Shown here: positions 58,362 to 64,000 of the stretch, piece after piece
Layout: each line of letters opens with the position of its first letter
Position numbering within the stretch: position 1 is the stretch's first letter
Virus record (IMG/VR): IMGVR_UViG_3300010163_000001
Location: 32,001 to 96,000 of that record
Source of the DNA: a virus
Lineage: Duplodnaviria > Caudoviricetes
Strand: one strand, 5' to 3'
Length of the DNA: 64,000 nt
Notes under the pieces: model-generated
The model's database searches: none
The model's input: only the letters and a program-made list of their open reading frames with translations
Told to the model about the DNA's origin: nothing
Program-made: the position numbers and the translations under genes

Positions 58362-60365
58362 TTAATCAATATAATTACTTAAGTCTCTAATGAATAATGC
58401 ATCCAAATGACTTGGAGCATCCTTTTCATATAATTCTGGAGAGATTAATTGTTGTTTGATATATCCATATGATAGAGAAACTAAAGCAGACGGATTATTC
58501 TTTAATCCATTACTAACCGGAACAACACATACATCATCCGGGTCTCCATTTCTACTCCAATCTGGATATTTTAAAATATTGGTCTTTCTCCGAATTAATC
58601 CTTTGATGATAGATTCGATGTGTACCAAATTAATATTAATTCCAATGGATATAAAACTCTCTGCTAACATCTGACAAATATCAGAAAGAGAATTTTCCGA
58701 CGTATTTTTCTTACTCAATATTTTCTCAATTAATTTAATTGGCTCTGTTAATTCTTTATTCTTAATTTCTACTACAAATAAAGTAGAGTCATCATCATCG
58801 ATAACTGCTTCTAATGGAATAGGAGCGACTTTTCCTTTCAATGCTTTAAACGCTTTTGTTAATTTTTCAGAAAGGTACATATTAGAGCTATTATCCTCCG
58901 AAATATTGTAAACTAATTTTCCCTTTCTATCTACAACTTTAAATTCCTTTGTATAATAGTAATCCTTATCATCATCCTGTTCTACTTGCACGTTATCTAA
59001 TAAAAGATACAATTCTTGTTCATTTGTAGGATTATCTGATACGGATATCTCAGTTGAATTTATTTCAAATAATTCATTAAATGATTCATCAAAACTAATA
59101 GTAGATGATTCTGTTCCTTGGTAATGTTTTGATGATAACACAATTTGTCCTAATGGATTACTTCCTTTTGTAGCAGCATAACTACCAACCGAAAATAAAT
59201 CTTGATTAATGTCAAATAAGGTACCATAACATTTTCTACAGATACCTTCTTTTGAATTACAAGTTGCAGGAGAAGCAAAATTTACTTTCTTCCCAATCAA
59301 ATCTTTGTCTTTTTTTGAATTTAATAATTTCAGGTTTCCCCTTGTGTCATAATAATATCTTCCATCCAATAGATTCAAAAAGTTATCATCTTTAATTAAA
59401 TATGTGATATAATGTATAGAATTACAAGTTTCATAATCACTTCTTAAGTAGCTGGGAGAAGTTGCTAACATATTGATACGCTTGCTAAATGCCCCGGGTT
59501 CTCCCATCTTCTGTTTTGTCATAATTAGAGATTTTCTGGCAGAGCAAGCCTCTATATATTGATAACTTGGTTTACTTAATCCTCCGACCAATAGGTTCGT
59601 ATCTAAGATTAATGGGATTGTGTTTCCATTGATATCTGACTTCATACCAATCTTACAATATAATTCTTTAAACTGACCCTTCGAAATATTCTTACCAGAA
59701 AGAAGAAGTGGTTTCAAGTCACAATCTACTTGTGTAAATAATTCAATTAATCGATTCGTTCTCCGGTCTAATTCTTGTTCAATTTCCATTGGTTGTAAAG
59801 ATGGGTCAATCTTTCCAAAGATAAGCTCAGAAATTTCTGGACACTTCTTTTCTGCTTGATAAATGTCATAAATAGAAGTAGACATCCCCATTAACAAACA
59901 GAATGCATTTGAAATTGCCCGTATATTATGAAAAATTTCATCACATATCTTATTCTTACTGTGAAAATCTCCTTCAAAATAAGGAAAGATTCGATTATCC
60001 ATGTAATCTACTAACATTTTAATTGTATTTGGTTGCGAAAAGTCTATGATAAATGTTTCATCTAATACATCACTTCGATCCATATCCATAAATCCATACC
60101 AAACAACAAGATTCGAAATGAAATTGTTTAAGGGTAACTCATACATCTTCTTATCGTCTTTATGAAACTTGAAATGAATGATTCTATGACGAATCTCTTC
60201 TATTTCAAATCCCAATTTCATAATATCAATCATCTGCTGTAATATCAATTCATAACATTTTACATCTGATAGTACGTCATCCATAATCAAATACATATTA
60301 GGATTGTATTTATCTAGCAGGACTTCTAAGGAATCCTTTGGCTTGTTATAATAATCTATCCACAT
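58362..60365 (-). CDS. rpoC: Non-virion RNA polymerase beta' C-terminal subunit
   Basis: ARKSL..MGEPGAF bridge helix, GRYY, SPATC...ICRKCYG Zn site, QIVLSSKH trigger loop. Confidence 0.85.
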   Translation of the reverse strand: MWIDYYNKPKDSLEVLLDKYNPNMYLIMDDVLSDVKCYELILQQMIDIMKLGFEIEEIRHRIIHFKFHKDDKKMYELPLNNFISNLVVWYGFMDMDRSDVLDETFIIDFSQPNTIKMLVDYMDNRIFPYFEGDFHSKNKICDEIFHNIRAISNAFCLLMGMSTSIYDIYQAEKKCPEISELIFGKIDPSLQPMEIEQELDRRTNRLIELFTQVDCDLKPLLLSGKNISKGQFKELYCKIGMKSDINGNTIPLILDTNLLVGGLSKPSYQYIEACSARKSLIMTKQKMGEPGAFSKRINMLATSPSYLRSDYETCNSIHYITYLIKDDNFLNLLDGRYYYDTRGNLKLLNSKKDKDLIGKKVNFASPATCNSKEGICRKCYGTLFDINQDLFSVGSYAATKGSNPLGQIVLSSKHYQGTESSTISFDESFNELFEINSTEISVSDNPTNEQELYLLLDNVQVEQDDDKDYYYTKEFKVVDRKGKLVYNISEDNSSNMYLSEKLTKAFKALKGKVAPIPLEAVIDDDDSTLFVVEIKNKELTEPIKLIEKILSKKNTSENSLSDICQMLAESFISIGININLVHIESIIKGLIRRKTNILKYPDWSRNGDPDDVCVVPVSNGLKNNPSALVSLSYGYIKQQLISPELYEKDAPSHLDALFIRDLSNYID

Positions 60366-60379
60366 ATCTTCATCCTCTC

Positions 60380-62104
60380 CTATCCTATTTTAATCGTATC
60401 TGGTTCTTTTTCAACGATTTCTATTTTTTCATAAGCAAACTCCTTTTCAAACGCATTTGATTTCTTTGAAATACAATCAATATAATCTTCAAATGTATCA
60501 AGTGATAATTTACGATCGATTCCAAATTCATCTTTCAAATCTCTTTCAAAGAAATACCGTTCCTTACAAGGTTCTTTTTTATCTGTAAAGAAGAATCCAT
60601 CATATAGTTTTACAAATGGTACAATAGAACCTGACATACCACAGTCACTATTTGAAGTCGTGAATAGATCAACTACTCCGACCATGGATGGATGCAAATA
60701 ACGATATTTATCAGAAATCATCTTTGAATTTTCGTTTCCTAATGCATTAACACCTTTACAGGTAAATGCAAAATCATTCATGAATGCCATATCGTTTGAT
60801 GCATCATCTGATTTCACCATATCATTCATATTTCTCATACCAGTCAATATGATATCAGAATTGAAATTGAATAATTCTAATAAAGTATCCATTGTATTCA
60901 TTTTGGATTTATTTTTCCGCTCAATTAATTTATTAATGTTTTCTGAAATTTTCCTTCCCAATGTTCCTACTACGATTGGCTCATTCTTTCGTATTCTCTT
61001 ATTTGCAATATCAATATTTACCCGTTCTTTTAATTTATCAAAATTTGACATCATCCAATACATGATTTGATAGACATTACTCTTATATACTTCTGGTAAA
61101 CGTATAGACTCTATAGAAAAAGAATCTAATAATCGTTCTACCATATGGATGAAAGTCCTTCCTTTTTCATAAAAAGTTAATAGGTTTTTATTCTTTACAG
61201 ACCCGATATATCCAATACGACAGGTCCAATACTCTTGATCTTCTAAGAGATCCATTGAAACCGGAAAGTCTCTATTCTGAAGATGAACTGCCATACATAC
61301 AAATGATTTTACTAAATCAAATCTATCAAATATTTCCCGTACAGCAGTTACATAACAATCATTACACTCAAAAATATAACATTCTTTTTCATCTTTCTTT
61401 GTATAATTCCTCTTGAATTTCACAATTCCGTCCATACCAAAGAATTTTATTGTCTTCTTCATTCCCATCTTTGCTGCATAGATCATTAGTGGATTAACAA
61501 ATTTTACTCTTTTCTTTTTAGAAGCATATTTTCCTTTCTTTCCAGAGGAATCTTGTGCATACGAATAGATTGGAAGTACAAATGTAGTCCCATGGATATC
61601 TGGTGTTTCTTTAAATTTGTTATGGTATATCATAATAGGCATTCTGGATTTCATAGTGACCTTTCCACGTTGGGAATATGTGGATGCATCTACTAACTGC
61701 CATATAATTTTCATCTTCTTATTGTTAATTACACAATACCCATCATGTACAGTCGGAACTAAAATTCGTTTTACAATTTCTTTTGAATGCAAATTCGTCT
61801 CAATTCTTATTCTGAAATCAATTTCATGAAATCTTGTATCTAACATGTAACTGTGTTTTGGTATTTGTATACTGGACAGATCCTTTTTCTTATAGTTGAT
61901 ATTAACCATATGATTATTGATATCAACTTCATCTTGATCCTCAATGATTTTATAATCAAGAATTTTGATATTTTCAATAGATTCAAAATCTTTCATACAT
62001 TGAATTACATAGTAATCCATTGGTTTATCATATGCAGATGTTAAAAAATCCATATTAAGCTCTGATTCATGCTCATTTGGAAATAGTGCAATATAATCTA
62101 GCAT
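60380..62104 (-). CDS. rpoB: Non-virion RNA polymerase beta N-terminal subunit
   Basis: DGYCVINN...QL, YRYLHPSMVGVVD..TTSNSDCG (fork loop 2 region). Confidence 0.85.
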   Translation of the reverse strand: MLDYIALFPNEHESELNMDFLTSAYDKPMDYYVIQCMKDFESIENIKILDYKIIEDQDEVDINNHMVNINYKKKDLSSIQIPKHSYMLDTRFHEIDFRIRIETNLHSKEIVKRILVPTVHDGYCVINNKKMKIIWQLVDASTYSQRGKVTMKSRMPIMIYHNKFKETPDIHGTTFVLPIYSYAQDSSGKKGKYASKKKRVKFVNPLMIYAAKMGMKKTIKFFGMDGIVKFKRNYTKKDEKECYIFECNDCYVTAVREIFDRFDLVKSFVCMAVHLQNRDFPVSMDLLEDQEYWTCRIGYIGSVKNKNLLTFYEKGRTFIHMVERLLDSFSIESIRLPEVYKSNVYQIMYWMMSNFDKLKERVNIDIANKRIRKNEPIVVGTLGRKISENINKLIERKNKSKMNTMDTLLELFNFNSDIILTGMRNMNDMVKSDDASNDMAFMNDFAFTCKGVNALGNENSKMISDKYRYLHPSMVGVVDLFTTSNSDCGMSGSIVPFVKLYDGFFFTDKKEPCKERYFFERDLKDEFGIDRKLSLDTFEDYIDCISKKSNAFEKEFAYEKIEIVEKEPDTIKIG

Positions 62105-62415
62105 TCTGATTCCTCCTCATCTACAAAGTCATCGAAATTCTGCCGAACATAATCTACTTCAAAATGTTTCCTTAGAGTTCGGCATTGTATACATTCAGCA
62201 TTGACATCTGTCATTTTTTGAATAGCGCATTCTAACGAACATATGTCAAATGAATCGAATGAATCTTCTGGATGTGGTACATTATGATCCGAAGTATATC
62301 CAGAATAATAGTAAGCACCCTTTGGAATTACTTTTCCACATACATCACATATTACTCTATGACCAATAGGCTCCTTAGTCTGAACGATCTTCTTTTTCTT
62401 AGATTCTATTATCAT
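62098..62415 (-). CDS. Small Cys-rich (Zn-binding) protein
   Basis: CDVCG, CSLEC, CIQC. Confidence 0.65.
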   Translation of the reverse strand: MIIESKKKKIVQTKEPIGHRVICDVCGKVIPKGAYYYSGYTSDHNVPHPEDSFDSFDICSLECAIQKMTDVNAECIQCRTLRKHFEVDYVRQNFDDFVDEEESEC

Positions 62416-62528
62416 AATATTTTATCTCCTTTTCTATTAAATTTTCTATGATATGCAAAAAGATTTGCTTTTATAATTTCAATTAGAGGTTACGGACTTG
62501 ATATAATCCGTAACCTCATTTTATTCTC

Positions 62529-63005
62529 TTAAACGTCCTCTAATACTAATCCTGTAATAATTTTAATCTCGTTTTCATCGATATTCATCTTGTAAGAAAC
62601 AAGTCTCTTATCATATACATCAATGTCAAAAGGTTTTCCATTTAAAGTAATTGTGAGAAGCCCATTATGAAAATTCGGATCTCCTTCATCTAAGAGATCC
62701 ATACTTTTCAATGTTTCTGTATCCATTGTGAATGTAGCGATAGAGACTATCTGCCCATTAAAACTGTTCTCATCATTTTCCAAGCTCGAAAATGCATCTT
62801 TCATTAAATCAGATATATTTGTATTTCGGATTAAATCTGCGACTGCATCTTCCTCAGATACTGCTAACAAATCCACATCCGTACGTATTTTCATCTCATC
62901 AACCACACCATCTTTCAATGGCTTCATGAAAAATGCCTTGTAAAAAGTTATCTTTTTATTCTTTAATAGTTTAGACGGAAAGTCTTTTATATCTGTTATT
63001 TTCAT
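62529..63005 (-). CDS. Hypothetical protein
   Basis: AGGAGG RBS. Confidence 0.7.
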   Translation of the reverse strand: MKITDIKDFPSKLLKNKKITFYKAFFMKPLKDGVVDEMKIRTDVDLLAVSEEDAVADLIRNTNISDLMKDAFSSLENDENSFNGQIVSIATFTMDTETLKSMDLLDEGDPNFHNGLLTITLNGKPFDIDVYDKRLVSYKMNIDENEIKIITGLVLEDV

Positions 63006-63014
63006 ACATTCCTC

Positions 63015-63785
63015 CTATTCTTCACCAAAATCGTCATCATCATCTCCATCAGTGTCTTGGTCTGATTTAATGATTAACTTTGCTCCCATACCAGGTCTGA
63101 GATTTATTACACAGCCTTCCCCTTTCTTTGTGGCGTGAAATTCAATGATATCATTAAAGTTAATTGTGGTAGATTGCTTTCCACTTAACACCAGTTTCCT
63201 TACCAATTCCATATAAAGATTTGTAAGGAAGATATATGTTGTTGCAATTGCTTCCCATTCTTTTGGAAGTAATATACTGTGTTTATCGGCAATAATCCTT
63301 CTTGCAACTTTGTCAATTTTCTTCATTGCATTTGTCAGTTCATCATTATCTGGATAGATATATGCAGCATCAAGTGCAATAAATTCAATTTCCCTCTTAT
63401 CTGGAGGAACATCATTTGAAATAATTGCATCAACATCTTTACCAGGTCGAAATACAACATTAATATTTCCAACCTTTTCCGAACTTTCATTTTTCTTGTT
63501 TGTTGCAAATACCTTTACCAATGAATAGAAATCAATCATATTGGCTTCCGGATCGGATAATACTTTTATACCATTATTTCTGATATGAGAATAAATTGCG
63601 CTAATAATTGATTCTACGGTTTTCAACGCAATCGTGTTTGCTTCCCAATCATTGTTAATAAAAAGTCGATGACGGAGCCTTAATTCCTCTTTTGTTTTCC
63701 TGTCAACATTTAATAAATCTTCCCTCTGCACTGGTTCATTTGGGATGGCGAAATGTGTTTCGCCTTGCACTTGCATATCTGTCAT
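63015..63785 (-). CDS. Hypothetical protein, possibly tandem HU/IHF-like domains
   Basis: Two similar halves ending VFRPGK and LRPGM; ATATATTAT at 63831-63839. Confidence 0.55.
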   Translation of the reverse strand: MTDMQVQGETHFAIPNEPVQREDLLNVDRKTKEELRLRHRLFINNDWEANTIALKTVESIISAIYSHIRNNGIKVLSDPEANMIDFYSLVKVFATNKKNESSEKVGNINVVFRPGKDVDAIISNDVPPDKREIEFIALDAAYIYPDNDELTNAMKKIDKVARRIIADKHSILLPKEWEAIATTYIFLTNLYMELVRKLVLSGKQSTTINFNDIIEFHATKKGEGCVINLRPGMGAKLIIKSDQDTDGDDDDDFGEE

Positions 63786-64000
63786 GTGTATTTTTCCTCC
63801 TTTAATTTTATTTTTTCTGTCACCATAACAATAATATATTAATGAAATTAAAATTAAGATAGATAAGGGCTTAGCCCTTATCTATCTTAATTTGATAGTA
63901 ATTTTCTTTTGATTTATTTTATTATTCACACGTCTAAATATCTTTTCAAATTTTACTAAATCCGTAGTTAAATCTTCAACTAATTTTTCAAAGTCCTCAT

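Noticed and set aside
1-64000. tRNA genes, Cas or RAMP genes, phage-nucleus (ChmA) or PhuZ genes
   Set aside because: No recognisable motifs by eye; absence needs tRNAscan and profile searches to confirm

Overview
AT-rich (roughly 30% GC by eye), gene-dense segment of a jumbo phage of the AR9/PBS1/phiKZ-related type. Strong AGGAGG RBSs and class III RNR suggest an anaerobic Firmicute host (inference). It encodes four split RNA polymerase pieces (the NADFDGD end of beta'-N, two different beta'-C subunits, beta-N) plus a possible sigma-like subunit. It also encodes NrdD with a 199-aa mini-intein, NrdG, a REC-dUTPase fusion, SbcC, RusA, an SF2 helicase, a 5'-3' exonuclease, an Rnl1-type RNA ligase and many probable virion proteins. 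Two promoter classes are readable: ATATATT(A/C)T and AAC-N7-TAA. The top unexplained signal is a pair of non-coding arrays (21212-21504 and 45978-46108, minus strand). Nearly every 5th base is G, punctuated by GG-hexamers into ~26-41-nt units, and each array lies between a stop codon and a terminator. These are candidate programmable repeat RNAs with no recognisable partner protein in the window. Other notable features are a conserved F-x-x-YC(D/N)...EG propeptide on unrelated cargo proteins, a re-used promoter/RBS cassette, three orphan receiver domains and a promoter-driven multi-hairpin ncRNA candidate.
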